Positions 24,375-37,514 of a stretch of 64,000 nucleotides of DNA are shown here, piece after piece. A program made the position numbers and the translations under genes. The stretch is from Ramazzottius varieornatus. Taxonomy: Eukaryota; Animalia; Tardigrada. Positions within the stretch are counted from its first letter, which is position 1. Each line of letters begins with the position of its first letter. Location of the stretch: NCBI GenBank assembly GCA_001949185.1, contig BDGG01000008.1:62001-126000 (forward strand). Direction: 5' to 3'. The notes beneath the pieces were generated by a model. It did no database searches and was not told the DNA's origin. It worked only from the letters and a program-made list of their open reading frames with translations.

Positions 24375-25163
24375 GTGGAGAAACTCGCTGAGTTGCTGAA
24401 CGATCAAGTCCCTTCCAGGTACCGAATGACAGCCAAATCACTCGCAATTATGAGCGGCTCCTCGGCGAGCTGTAAAAGCAAGAAAACAAAGACTGCGTGA
24501 AGTATCAAAACAGGTTTATGGAAACCCCGTCTGCTCAACACTATGTGCTTTGAAGCTTGGGATACACAAAGCCAGTCCATTTGAAATCTTGGTATGCCAT
24601 AGCCCGAAGTTTTTTCTTATGCACCAGGGTGCCCTTAGTCTTGCTGTATATTTCTGCTGTTCGGTTCAACTTAGTTGGAATACTCAAGCCTACTCAGTAA
24701 TAAACAGAAAGCCGACAGCTACAAGTAAAAAAGTTGAGAAAGTTTCTCTTGTTGTTTGACACGAGCTACAATCTGGGTTTTCTGCCGTGGCGCCGGTGCG
24801 GGTTTTCGATGACAGGCGTAGACAGATCGATATGAGGCATCGTTATGGGCGTCAGTTCGTCACTTCCTGTGCGCCGCACCACGTCTGTGGCATGCGATAA
24901 TTTATTGCCCGTGCTTTGTTAATCATACCAGAACAGGTTTCAAGAACGCTGACGTCTCTGACATTTTCTCATGTTTTTGTTGAGTCTAGCTGCGACATGA
25001 GAACCGACAAAGGCCAGCTCGGGTTTAGCGTATGCTGCTCATACACAGCCCATGCTAACCCGCAATAAATTTCACCCATTGCAGAACTTGAGGCATAGCA
25101 CCAGCAGTTGAGGTGGATACATTTAGTGTCCTCTAGATTGTAGACTCTTTCTAAAACGCTGCG

Positions 25164-27156
25164 ATGGCGAAGAAGAAGCGAAGTTCGAAGACCGTGGAGA
25201 AGCACAGCGAAACTGTGACCAAGCACCGCCATGGAGAGAAAACTCGCAATGCCATCGAGGAGAAGCTTGGAGACGGACAAATCACGGCCGACGAATTTGT
25301 CCAAATCTTCCACGGTTACGACAGGGACGGTAAGGAATTTTCTTGCTTTTTTCCCCAGTATAATATGCTTGTTTCGCTTCCTAAAACTCCATGCCTTTGC
25401 AGGCAATGGGTACTTGGAAAGGTCCGAGGTAAGCCTAGGGTGGACTGCCTTGTTAAATCCTAGTTCTTTTCTGAATGCTTCAAAAAAGCACAGACGGCAT
25501 TGTTCTTTAGGTTGACAATTTTCTTTGGGATCTGTTGAATTCGTCTCTCATTGGAACCAGCGGCGTGAGTATCATACGCAGTGTCGACTGGAAGATAGCG
25601 CTGCACGAGAAAGTACTCTAGTACACCTCCTCTATACAGCTCTATTGTATCGTTACAGAAAAAGTTGTCACCAGAGGACTTCGCGGAAGTAAAGGCGGTT
25701 TTCATGTCGGAGTTCGACTCGAACAACGATGGGAAAATTTCGCTTGATGAGGTTAGTTTACTAGCTGGCAACTGTTTTTCCCGGTCGAATTTCAGCTACT
25801 CGTTGGATTAGATGCTTGGGCTTCTGTCTGACGAGGAAAGCTTTTATGGATCATTCCGCACGGAGTTCGACCAGCAGCTGAGTGGGCAGAACTACATGAA
25901 GGTAAAATATTCGTGTACATTTCTTGCGTGGGTGTCCGCGTGCCAGAACGAAAGTTAGTGGTATAAATTTCTGGTATTAGGTGTGGAAGAAATACGACCG
26001 AGATCTTAGTGGATTTCTGGAAAGGGGCGAGATCAAGGTATTACGCAAGGGCAATTGTCCAGCATTGACTTACCTTACTTTAAGCGGGCGTCAAACCCAC
26101 AGAACTTCCTGAGAGATCTTAGTCAGCAAAGCGGCAAAGAGCTCAACGACAAACAACTTGAACACTATACACAGCAATGTGTACGTAAGATCTTCCTATC
26201 CATCTTCCACCCATTGCATGCAATGCATGGGCGATGCATGGGGTACGTAGCCTGAAATATCTCTTCGACAGGTGGACTTGTTCGATGCCAACAACGACGG
26301 GAAACTGTCAATGGGCGAACTGAGCAGGTACGGCGAACCGAGAAGTTTCACGGCTACTTGCGGGTCCGCAAGACGGAAGCCGTACCCAGCGTATCCCCAT
26401 TTAGCGGACCCGGAAGTGGTGCTCTTAACAAGAAACACTGGCTTACGTTGCAGGATGCTACCTCATTCTGAGAACTTCGTGCAGCTGACGTTAGACAAGG
26501 TATAGTAGAAGGCGAGCCAAACGAGCCAGCGCGAGTTCTGCCCGTGGGAAAGTGTATACACAGACGCGGCATCCGATCACTAGGAACAAATACCGTTCTC
26601 TGTTTGCAGGCTTTCGCGTTGCACAAGCTGAAGCAAAGTGATGTCGATAGGCTGCTAGATCGTTACGACAGGGTAAGTTGGTCACTGACAATCTGTGTTA
26701 GTGCGAAACGCGGAAAGGTGGAAGACCGGAAGTGGGATATCTTTAACTTATTGGCTGGTTGCAGGATGGCAATGGAACTCTCGAAGGACGAGAGTTGACG
26801 GACTTGATCAAGGATATGCTGGGCATTATTCAGCAAGGATCTTTCTACAATGAAAGCGACGTCTTTGATGTCAGAGAAGCCATCTTGAAAGGTTGTGACC
26901 GCGATGGCGACGGAAGAATCAACCGCAAGGAACTAGCAGTCATTTTACTGACTCTGGCTAACTCCGGTAAGTTGGGAGTGGCTGAGCTCGATATTGCCGG
27001 TTTTTACCTTTGTGATTTTGTGTACTTGTAGGTACGTACACGGATGACGCGTCGTACACCCGCGCAGCAGACAGTGAACGTATTTACCAAGGAAGAAAAA
27101 GCCAACATATTCTGTCTTACATCCGCGTCGGCGGTGACCGAAAAACTGGTCAATAA
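25164..27156 (+). CDS. Hexa-EF-hand calcium-binding protein (calbindin/calretinin/secretagogin family), copy A
   Basis: Six loops: DRDGNGYLERSE, DSNNDGKISLDE, DRDLSGFLERGE, DANNDGKLSMGE, DRDGNGTLEGRE, DRDGDGRINRKE; many short exons. Confidence 0.9.
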
Positions 27157-27656
27157 GCCGAGTACTGTTTCGCCTATGCGAGAACGAACATTCCGAGGTT
27201 CCCCCTGTTAATCTACGGCCGTTTTGCCCCTTTCACATCAGAATTCTATCGACTTGTACTGCAAAGCCTCACCTATGGCCTTCAGAAGCATACAATATTT
27301 TCAACAACTGGTATTTCGAGCTATTCTCTGAACAAGCTCGACAACTTTTGCATTTCGCTTGTCTTGAAATACCATCGATGGAATGCCGCAGGCTAGTTTG
27401 CGAAAAATCTCCACCTGCCTGCAACTGGCGTAATCTACCACAATTTCCATGTCCCTTTGATAAGGAAGCAAAAACTCTATGGGTTTGATTGTGAAGAACG
27501 CCCGCAAGGTGGCTGTGGCCCGCGGTGCTAGGAAGTTGCCCGAGGCATTGAAGCTCCCGAAGTGTTCGCCACGGCCGTAGTTGGCAGTCACCTCAGCATT
27601 AGAGTCATGTTGGAGGTCTTTGCTGTTTCGACAGAAGTTAAAGTATCTCCGTCAAG

Positions 27657-29438
27657 ATGGCACGAAGAACGTCCAGACTTCGAGTGGAGGAACGTGGCGA
27701 TCGCAGAGGGTCGAAATCCCACAACTTCGTCGAGCGTATGCTGCAAAGAAGTGATGGGTCCATGAAGGCGGATATCTTTCTCCAGGTCTTCAAGTACTAT
27801 GACCGGGATGGTACGTTTGTCTCGATTCTTTCCTCAAATGAATTGAAGAACGGTAGGGAGCGTATTTGTTACCTGTGTACTGTTCTTTCCCGTAGGGAAC
27901 CGATACTTGGAAAAGGAAGAGTTGGATGCCTTCTTGAAGGACTTTCTGAACTCATCCATGTTTGGTACCGGTGTGAGTCCCTACGTCTTCTGCTTCTTGA
28001 CCATCAAATATTTTCCAGCAAGTGTCCCAGTCCAACCATGCTTGAATTACGCAGGGAAATGTGACGGACGAAGAGGTCGCTGCTCTGAAGGTCACGTTTC
28101 TCCAAGAGTTTGATGACAACCGCGATGGAAAGATATCTGTTGGCGAGGTAAGTAACAGATTTCGACCCCTTTCAAAACTTCCGGGAGCTGCAAGTTTATG
28201 CGGCTGAACTTGTCATTAGCTGTCGGCCATCTTGCCAGTTGACGAAGGGTTCTTCGCCCTGTTTCGACTGGACAATGTTACAGACAATGGAGTAGACTAC
28301 ATGAAGGTATTTCCCTTGTGCTCAACCTAACCGCCACGGCGTCACCGTTATTGCATTGCCAGTGAAACTCAGAGTCGACCTAGATCTGTTGTAGATTTGG
28401 AAAAAATACGACAGAGACTTGAGCGGGTACATCGAGAAACACGAATTGAAGGTAAAGGCTCCGAATTTTTGTCTTGCTCGTACGCAGGGGATTATAGACC
28501 TAGAACTGAATTTCACTACAGGAGTTCCTTCGCGATTTGATAAGGAATGCATCGGTTGACAGACGAGAACACATAAATGAAGAACGGCTAGATCAATATA
28601 CCCAGACGATCGTACGTACAACAAACCGGCAACTTCCTCGTTCGCGGTTAGAACCATCGATGGCCTAGAGCGGAAGGATGATTATCTCGATCGTTTTCAG
28701 TTGGAACTATTCGACATCAACAACGACGGAAAGCTGGGCCTTTCAGAATTGTGCAGAATGCTGCCAGATTCGGAAAATTTCGTCCAGTTGGTTCTGGACA
28801 AGGTAACGCCCAAGCCCCAAACGAACTTTCTCTTCAAAAAACATTTCCACCGACAGAAAATTGCTTTTCGCAGGCAATCGCTTTGGACCGACTCAGTCAA
28901 AGCGATGTTGACGGGCTGCTCGACAAGTACGATAAGGTAAAACTCTTGACTTAAACAGACCGTTTACCCACTATATACGATGAAAACCCCGATAATTTTC
29001 AACCCCGAAGGACGGAAACGGTACTCTGGAAGGCAGCGAGCTGACAAGACTGGTCCACGATATCTTGGCAATGACACAAAAGGATGGCTACTACAACGCC
29101 AGTGACGTGTATGACCTGGAGCAAGCCTTGCTCAGGGGCTGCGACATCGACAGAGACGGGCACATCAACAGAAAGGAACTGGCTGTCATCCTTCTGGCTA
29201 TAGCCGACGCTGGAGACAATGTCCAACGTAAGTAGCGTAAAACTGCACCGAAACCATAAGTGTGAATACCTTTCGATTAAATAGCCGATGATTTCCAGAA
29301 GTTGAGAGCGCCGCTGAGGAGTTCAGCCGACGCGTATTCCAGGGACGCAAAGGACAGCACATCATGTCGTATGTGCCGATGAAGGAAACTACTACCACCA
29401 CTACTACCACCACGACAAGCAGAAGTCACAACAAATAA
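27657..29438 (+). CDS. Hexa-EF-hand calcium-binding protein, tandem copy B
   Basis: Loops DRDGNRYLEKEE, DDNRDGKISVGE, DRDLSGYIEKHE, DINNDGKLGLSE, DKDGNGTLEGSE, DIDRDGHINRKE; exon structure parallels copy A. Confidence 0.9.
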
Positions 29439-29538
29439 GACAACAGCATTCACACAATGAAAGACCAACCGATTTTTTAGTACAACTTGTCTCAGTTGTA
29501 AACCTGGACTACAATAATTATCGTAAAAGGAAAAGACG

Positions 29539-30654
29539 TCAGTGTTTTCGAACACCTTCGTTGGCCAGTCGGTCGGCTTGTTCGTTTCCGTATACGCCTT
29601 GGTGCCCTCTGACGTGCACCTGACAACAAATCAGAACCCTCGTTGTAAATCTGTAGCAATGGATCATTTGAGGGGGAAAAACACGAAGACGAATGATGCA
29701 TTAAGTTAGTAAGAATTACCCATTCGACAACGATGTCATTCATAGTTTCCAAGAGCTCTTCGAAGTCTTCCTTGTTGACCACCTGCTTTCCACTGAGCAG
29801 CTTCCAGTTGTTCGATATCCATTTTGGCACCCACTGTGTGATACCTAGCGGGCGAAGAACATAATTAAGCACTCAACAAGGAATTAAAGGCACAATGTAT
29901 TTGACGAAGCTCAGCGTATCTGACCGGAAGTGGGAGTAATTTACCTACTATTGATCAGAAACTGGCTATCAGTGTAAATCACAATCTTCTTCTTCCCCAG
30001 TTCTTTCGCCTGTGCGATAGCTCGGACGGCAGCATATATCTCTGCACGGTTGTTAGTAGCTCGACCAACTAGCGGTTCCGCGATATTCAGCGGTGAGTCC
30101 GCGCCCCAGTAGACACCGATACCAGCTAAAGCTCCTTCCTGTCCGTTATTATGACAGCATCCGTCCGTGTAAACTACAGCTGTTTCTTCCTCGCTGAACT
30201 CAGCCGGAGCATCTTCACTCACAGAAGATACGTTATGTGAATCAACTACAGCCACGGTTTCCGTCGTGCAAAGTCTCCTGGCTGTCGAAAACTCGCGCTT
30301 GGAAGTTTGGTTAACATCGGTTGGTTGAAGTAAACCTTCTTTCTCGGGTCGTGTATATGGAGTGGGTCGTTGTGGTGCTGCGGCAACGGGAGGTTTCCGC
30401 TGATAATTGGTAGGTGAGCCGCCAGTGGTGTTCTTAGGCGCATCGGTGTCATCTATGAAGGCTTGAGCTTCTTCTATAGTCTTGAACTTCTTGTACCGCG
30501 CACCGGAAAAGGCCTTGACTTGCTCGGCACATTCATCCCTGAAGCAGCGTCAACTTCAACACTTCATCATTTCATAATCGACGGTTTTCGCTTACCAGGT
30601 TTTGTAGATTCCAGGCGTCCGTCCAACACGTACTGCGTAGACGAACTGAGGCAT
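29539..30654 (-). CDS. RNASEH1: Ribonuclease H1, canonical (4 exons)
   Basis: HBD FVYAVRVGRTPGIYKTW..RYKKF; VYTDGCC, TNNRAEI, YTDSQF, HVRGH..GNEQADRLA: all DEDD residues present. Confidence 0.96.
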
Positions 30655-31505
30655 CGTCGTAGTTATGCCATGAGAAAAGATCGCGACTGGCTGATGGCAT
30701 GTCCGCGCCAACAGCCGACGCGTAAGTCCCGCTAAGAAAGACACTTTGGCAGTGGGTAGGCACTGGGGTCAGTCCTTGGAACTTGAACCGTGAAAGAGGC
30801 AAGTCGCTTGTATCCCAAATGCTCCGATGTCATCACCTGTAAGAGCACAAATCCTAGAGTGACTGTCGGAAGCGCAAAGTGGACGTCGGCGGTTAGATGA
30901 GCTTTCAATCAGCATCAGAATCTTGCGTATCCAGTCCGCCTCAAGATTACGGAGATCAGGGACTGTGCCACTGGGAAGACCGGACCGTCCAGGATGCGGA
31001 TTGTCAGCGTATATGGGATTGCGGAGAAATGGGCCGAATCACGACAAAATATTCTCGAGACCCTAAGATCGAGATGACATGTCACACCTGGCGTATGACA
31101 TGACGCATAACGTTCCAATACTCAACACAGGGCGCTTGCGTCATGCAACGGTAAGAAATTACTTGATTGTAACATGTTCTTGATTACCCACGGCTGAAGC
31201 GCGGGAATCGATCCCGATCGGATAATCATTACGATCGAACTTTCGAAGGATTCTGTCTTCCATATTCTCTGATTCTTCCATCATTCCATAATCTGGACCG
31301 AGCTTTCTTCGCATCGCGTTGAGGTCTGGATTTTGGAGAGGACATTTCCATTCCATCTGCACAGGGTATTGGGTTGGCCGATAGGGAGGAAGCGCTTGCA
31401 GTTTCAGCTGTGTCAGTTAACTCCATCAGACGAGATACCTCCGTCCCAGCTTTGTAGTTTGCACTTTCGCAGTTGCACTTGTTGCGGAAGGCAGAAGCCG
31501 CAGAC

Positions 31506-34499
31506 ATGGCTTATCGACCAAGCAACTACCATCCGCGGGAGTCGAACATCTACCGGTCATCATCGATGTCAACGGGAATGAACTACAACCCAAATGGAGC
31601 TGGTATGCAGCATAATCACTATTACGGAAGCGCCCTGGACATGAGCGTCGTGGGAAACGGCGGGCATTCTAATCGACCAAGCCTTCTGTCGTCAACTCCT
31701 CTAGCACGAAAGTAAGATGAGAGACTTGTGTGCTGAAATGTAGAAGCAGTTGGTTAGACGACCAGTAACGTTGCACGCGAATTCATTTCTTGTAGACTCA
31801 ATGAGGCGGTAAACACGAGCGTCATCCATTCCACAAACGGGAATGGCCATTACCAGTCTTCTCAACCCTCGACCAGCCAAGGAGGATACCTGCAGGATGG
31901 CCATATGGGACGACCAACTGCTTCGATTAGCGGCATGAGTTCATTTGCTGATCGACAGTCGATGGCCCCTTTCACCTCCTTCACTCAGCCCTCAGCTCCC
32001 TTGCAAGACCCTCGGCCAACCGACAAACATGACTTCCGAAAAAACGTGGCTGTAAATTTGTTTCAGGTACTGTTAGCAAGTTCGAATACGTGTTTCGCCC
32101 CTATCACTATCATTGACGAACGGTACTATCTTTGCAGTTTTTGCAAGGGCACGGTTTCGACTGGCAGCCGGCCAACTGTAAGAGTGCCTTTTCGGAAGCA
32201 GCACTCAATCCAGCTAGCCGGCAGACCTTTGAGAAGGTATTTGAGTTCCTCATAAAGCAAATATGTGGCGGAGACTACTCCTTGGATGGAAAGAAAATTG
32301 AGGTGGAAGTCATGTCGAATGCCAGTAAACTGGGCTATCCGTTCGCAAACTTACTGAAGCCCAACGTCCTGAAAGCGCCTAACATTCCGAATGCTGTTCC
32401 TGTCGTGTGTGGATTTCTGGATTGGTTAAGGGAAGAAGCCGAAGCTTGGGAGGTTTTGTCGACTTCAGGTAACAGGGAAGCTCTCGAGTCTGGCTATGGT
32501 TCACTGTTCCATCGAGCGGAAGAGGGAATGGGACCCAACGGCAAGAACATTGAGAACGTTTTCCATAATGTAAGTGATAATCGTTAAAATTTGACGGTCT
32601 GACACTTCATCAATATATGTACTATTCGGAAGCTCGGCGAACCGAACTCGGCAGGATTGTGTTCCCAAGTGGCGCATTTATCCAGTGTTGTAGGCCGAGA
32701 GCTCGCGCAACTTGAGAAAACGATCGTGTTGAGTTTGTTGGCCGAGTTCCCAGTTATCTTCAATGAAAAACATTCAGGTATGTTTCTCCTTACAGGCACG
32801 ACTGACTTTCATGGCAGAAGCTTACAACCGCGCGCAGCAGAATCCGACCGGGGATGGTATCTACACCGAAGACATTCTGGATCGGTTTAAGCAAAAACTA
32901 GGTACTTACCCTCTATCAACACTTCACACCACGACACTTTTCAATCACGGATCCACTTAAATGAGCGCAAAGAGCAGTAATGGCTTTTTTCCTTATGCAG
33001 ATCCGTGCGTCGATACTTCCGTTGACTTGGAGGGACTACAAGCGGAGCTCGTGGAGAGAGCCGCATGTATCAGGGAGAAGACGGCAAACTACGAGGTTTG
33101 GTCGACACTCGACAGTTCGGTGTTTGTGTTTTACTCTGTAGCTTGTTGTAAAATTATCGTTTTTAGAGTTTGGACAAGCTGAAGGCTCGGCTAGAAGCGA
33201 CCGAAGCTCGCATCGCACAGGCGAAGAAAAAGCACGATGAAGAGAAGAGCATGATCAACCGCACCGAGCACGAGCTGATGAAGTTCGCGGCGGACGAGAA
33301 GCAAATAGGTACGGTGCATATTATTACAATCTGTACGTAACTGGCACATATCAAACGGGAAGATGAGTAGCTGGTTCTTCTAGAGCAAGACAATCAACAG
33401 CTCTCTAAACAGATGGAGGAAGTCCAGAAGCAGATAAGGAGACAGAAGATCAGCAAGGACGAGCACCTGGAAAAGCTGGCGAAACAGGAAGAACTTCGTG
33501 CCCAGATTCGCGCTGCGACTGAAGAACTGGAGAGCATGGACCGAATGATCGTGAAGCGTAAGCAGAATCAACAACGATACTGCGCCAAGGTGGGAGGTTT
33601 GGTCGCATACAGTTCCCTAGAAAAGTCGGAATTGAAAAACAATATAAATATTCTGGCAAAGATTCAAAAAGTGTTGAAAGGCTTTGGTGATCTGTAGTTG
33701 CAAGATTCGGTGCAAATTCTGAAATTGGGCTTGGTTCAAATGGACGACACAGCAAGACTGGACAAGCTGTCGGACTATACGGCGGACCAGGATGTCACCA
33801 AGTACATGGCGGATGTGAAGGCCGAAGTAACATGTGTCGTCTCACGTTTACGTTCCCGCTCGGATGAGCTGAGAGTGGCTATGCAAAGAACCAGGAACGA
33901 GTTGGCGGACCTGGAGAAGAAACGGGAACCTTTGCACGCCAACCTGGTCAAGACTGCTGAAACGGAGAAGACACTCCAGCTCGAAATCGAAACCCTGGTA
34001 CGGGAAATACGGTTGAGCTTTCTTGAGACTAAGTTTTGACAGTGTTCCGTTTCTAGAAGAATGGTCAGGATACTAGTGAGGCCGAAAAGAGACTGGAAGA
34101 GAAGAAGCGTGCTCTGCTGGTGGATCAGCAAATGGCAAATGGTCAACTGGATGCGGCCAAGACAGGTTGTCAGAAGGCCGAACATCGGTACGAAGCGTAC
34201 GCCAAAGCACAAAAGAAGATCAAGGAAGCTTTGGCACTGCGGAAGGCGGCGGACGTGAGACTTCGGACGGAACACGTGGAAAAACAGCAGGTACTAATAT
34301 ACGCTCCTGGTTTCCTCTCAAAAGTATTCGCAAACGCCTAAGCCTGCGAAGACAATTGTGCACTTCACAGAGTCGTTGTAAACATCTCGAACAGATTCTG
34401 GCCGGTATCGAGAATAGCGGTAATGAGGCCGGGGAAGCGGTGGCGGACTTACAGAGGAGCATGCTGAATGCAATGCAAGGTATGGAGAAGCATGCCTGA
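31506..34499 (+). CDS. NDC80: Kinetochore protein NDC80/HEC1 (multi-exon)
   Basis: Disordered N-terminal tail, QDPRP, FEKVFEFL, LGYPF, GFLDWL (CH domain), then a long coiled coil. Confidence 0.88.
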
Positions 34500-34836
34500 T
34501 AAATTCAGGCATACTTCATGATGGTACTGTATCTCGTACTGTAGATCACCGGATATACTGAGCGAGACGTGTTTTAGGTCAATAGTGAACAACTCCGAAA
34601 GGGATCGACTTGTTTCTCTTCTCATTTGTTGATAGTTCAATTCCATTATTCTGATCGATTTTATTCGAATTTTTCCTTTTAAAGTTGTTCTGTAGAACTT
34701 GGCAGTCTACTGCTGGTTTGATGGCGATCCGCCAAGTAGCCATGCAACATTGGTAAATGTAGTTTTCCGTTTTGCATAAAGTATTAGAAGCTGGTTAGCA
34801 CCTGTATTTTCAACTCTTTCGCAATCTACTTGTAAA

Positions 34837-36309
34837 ATGGCCGTATCGGAAGGACTAAAAGCTGCGGCGCCGGCGGAACACCTCGTTAGGCACGATGTTC
34901 CGGAAATCTTGGTGGAGAAGCCTGATATGGTCAAGCCGGGAGTGCGTAAGGGATTTTGCCTTTCTGTGTTGTTCATCACTTTTAGTCTGGTACTAATGAC
35001 CGGGAATCACTCTTCTTTAGATGAGCAAAGGCAAGACTGCACCAGCTCCAGAAACGGCGAATGATCAGCTAAGCTACTTTTTGCCAGTGTTACCAAAGCT
35101 AGAAAGACGGGAGAACCATAAGACCAATGTCTCTTCAGCAGAACCCATCCTCGACTTTATACTTCCTCCCCGGTATGTTATGATTAATCAATCGGAACAG
35201 CAACGCAAAACTACAGTAGGAGCGTCTGTGTTGCTTGGTAGACTGATGGTCTCTTTTCGGCTTTTCCACAAGACGTCACTGCGGGCACACAGTATAATAC
35301 TGTACAGTAATTTTTATCGCGACAGAGTTTGGGTCGCTAATGGACATCAGTACACGCAGAAAATCTCCCGGTGTGCTGCTAGCAGAATGGACGTGATCAA
35401 TCTGCAGGTGGGTAAGTGACAAGTCCTCTTACCGCCGCGACTTTAAACAAGAACGGTGAACCGGAAGATCAGCAAGTCATTCTAATTTTTAGGAAAGACT
35501 GGATGCTCGCCTGCATCAGCTTCAAGCGCGCGAAATGGGTATTTGTCCTATAAGGAGAGACCTTTATTCGCAGACATTCGGTATGTAATTTCGCGATTGC
35601 AATCCCGTGTGCACTTTGTCGCTGTGGCTAGCTGAATATTGCGTCGGTAGTATTATATACGGTAGTGTTTCTGGTTGCAGATGAGCTTATACGGCAGATA
35701 ACACTGGACAGTCCGGACCGAGGTCTTATGTTTCTTCGTATACGGGATGAGATCAGAATGACCATGGCAGCATATGAGACTCTGTTTGAACGAGGTGTGG
35801 CGTACGGGTCGCGGAATGCTCTAACATTCGAACAACAGAAGGAAGGCACTTCTGAGAAGGTACTATGGCCGTATGGCACACATCAGTAAAGTCCTTCGCC
35901 TTGCAAAAAGTTTACTCCGGTCAATTGCAAGCTGGGTGTTTCAGGTGCAAGAAGCTGGGGAGGCGAATCGAGAACTGGAACGACAGATCAACGAATGGAA
36001 GCTTAAATGCGAGCTGTTGGAGAAAAAGCACAAAGACTTGCAAGAACTTGACGATAAGCGACACCAGGAACAACTGAAAGCCGAGAAAAGACCGGGAATA
36101 TGGCTGAAAGTAAGCTGAAGCCCCTTGCTGTTCGTGTGCTTTTGCTGGTTGTCTGACTGGTCTGGTTACAGAATACCTTGGACGCAATAATGAGCCATAC
36201 CCGTTCCGACTTCTATTCCGCCAACTCTGGTGGAGGTATAGGTCCTGCCAGGTCGGAAAGACTGGCGGAACAGAGTGAGAACCACGAGGAAGCCAACAAG
36301 AACGAATAA
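34837..36309 (+). CDS. DNALI1: Axonemal dynein light intermediate polypeptide (p28)
   Basis: ILDFILPPR, SRMDVINLQERLD, QAREMGICPIRRDLYSQTFDELIRQIT..RGLMFLRIRDEIRMTMAAYETLFE. Confidence 0.93.
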
Positions 36310-36848
36310 GCTTCACACTAGCCTGTTCCAGTGCTACTTCCGGGTTCTTTGGTCCTCTCCACAACTCTGATCAATAAGCCGGTGTGTTCGACATACCGTA
36401 TCAACAGATTGCCGTTTCATTCAAGCTGTGTAGACGCTGGAGCCAGGAAACTATTCTTTCCAAAGCCATGCTTTGGATTCTCCAAAAATCATCGTGCGAA
36501 AAAAACTATTAACAAAATATAAACATAATCTCTTTTGTCTACAACAAAATTCATAAAAAGCTATTCATAATGTAAAATCAGAGGGAGCAATGACGGCTCT
36601 TATCACACTGCTTCTTTGATAGACGTTCTTCTTGCGAGCGATATCTGAAACTGGCCACAAAACATTCTTTTTCCATGGCGCAGCAAATAAACGGCATAAT
36701 CACAGGTGCAAGCAAGGCAGTAAGATAGTGCAGAAGTTCCGCACTTGAGATAAGGTACTTACCGTTGAACGAGATGGGAATGACGCATGAAACGTGGCAT
36801 ACTACGGTACAACCCTCGTAAACGTGGAAAGGACAACAATAAATAAAT

Positions 36849-37514
36849 TTAATGAGCCAGTAAATCGTTCTCGAAAAGTCCATCTTTCGAAACAACCTCC
36901 CGTAACACTGCCATCACATCCTCATGGACCGACTGCATTGGTCGCGTAGAGTCGACACTCCTCACAAGGCCTTTATCCTCGTAAAACTTGACAATAGGCA
37001 GAGTATCGTGCAGGTAGGTCTGAAATCGCTTCTTGAGGCTGTCAGCATTGTCGTCTATGCGACCGGAAGTGGCACCTCTGGACAGAATCCTCTCCACACA
37101 AATATCCTCCGGTGCTTGCAGGAATAGCAGAAAGAGAAAGTCGGTCTTGTGACCCATCTGGTTGATCCACCCTTGCAGATTATCGAAGTTCCGGGGGAAG
37201 CCGTCGATTAGGAAGTATTCTTTTCCGCTCATCTTCATAGCTTTCTCTAATAACGAGCATGTAATTTCCACAGGTACTATCTTGCCGTCCTTGATGTAGC
37301 TGGCAATCAGGTCTCCGTACTGAGATCCTGATGTCGCACATTCTTGCCGGAGAAGGTCGCCTGCGGAGAGGTGAACGAAGTTGGTCTTGGAAGTAATTAG
37401 GCTGCATTGCGTCCCTTTGCCAGAGCCCGGTGCGCCTAACACGAAGACGACGTTAGGTTTCATTCCATCTTCTACTTCTGCCTTGTCGCCACTCATCTTC
37501 GTAGTGTCTGACAT
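36849..37514 (-). CDS. CMPK1: UMP-CMP kinase, canonical, intronless CDS
   Basis: VVFVLGAPGSGKGTQC, HLSAGDLLR, GKIVPVEIT, FLIDGFPRN, RGATSGRIDDN. Confidence 0.96.
   Translation of the reverse strand: MSDTTKMSGDKAEVEDGMKPNVVFVLGAPGSGKGTQCSLITSKTNFVHLSAGDLLRQECATSGSQYGDLIASYIKDGKIVPVEITCSLLEKAMKMSGKEYFLIDGFPRNFDNLQGWINQMGHKTDFLFLLFLQAPEDICVERILSRGATSGRIDDNADSLKKRFQTYLHDTLPIVKFYEDKGLVRSVDSTRPMQSVHEDVMAVLREVVSKDGLFENDLLAH

Noticed and set aside
29388-29417. ACT/ACC trinucleotide run
   Set aside because: Ordinary imperfect coding microsatellite giving poly-Thr; noted within the calbindin finding.
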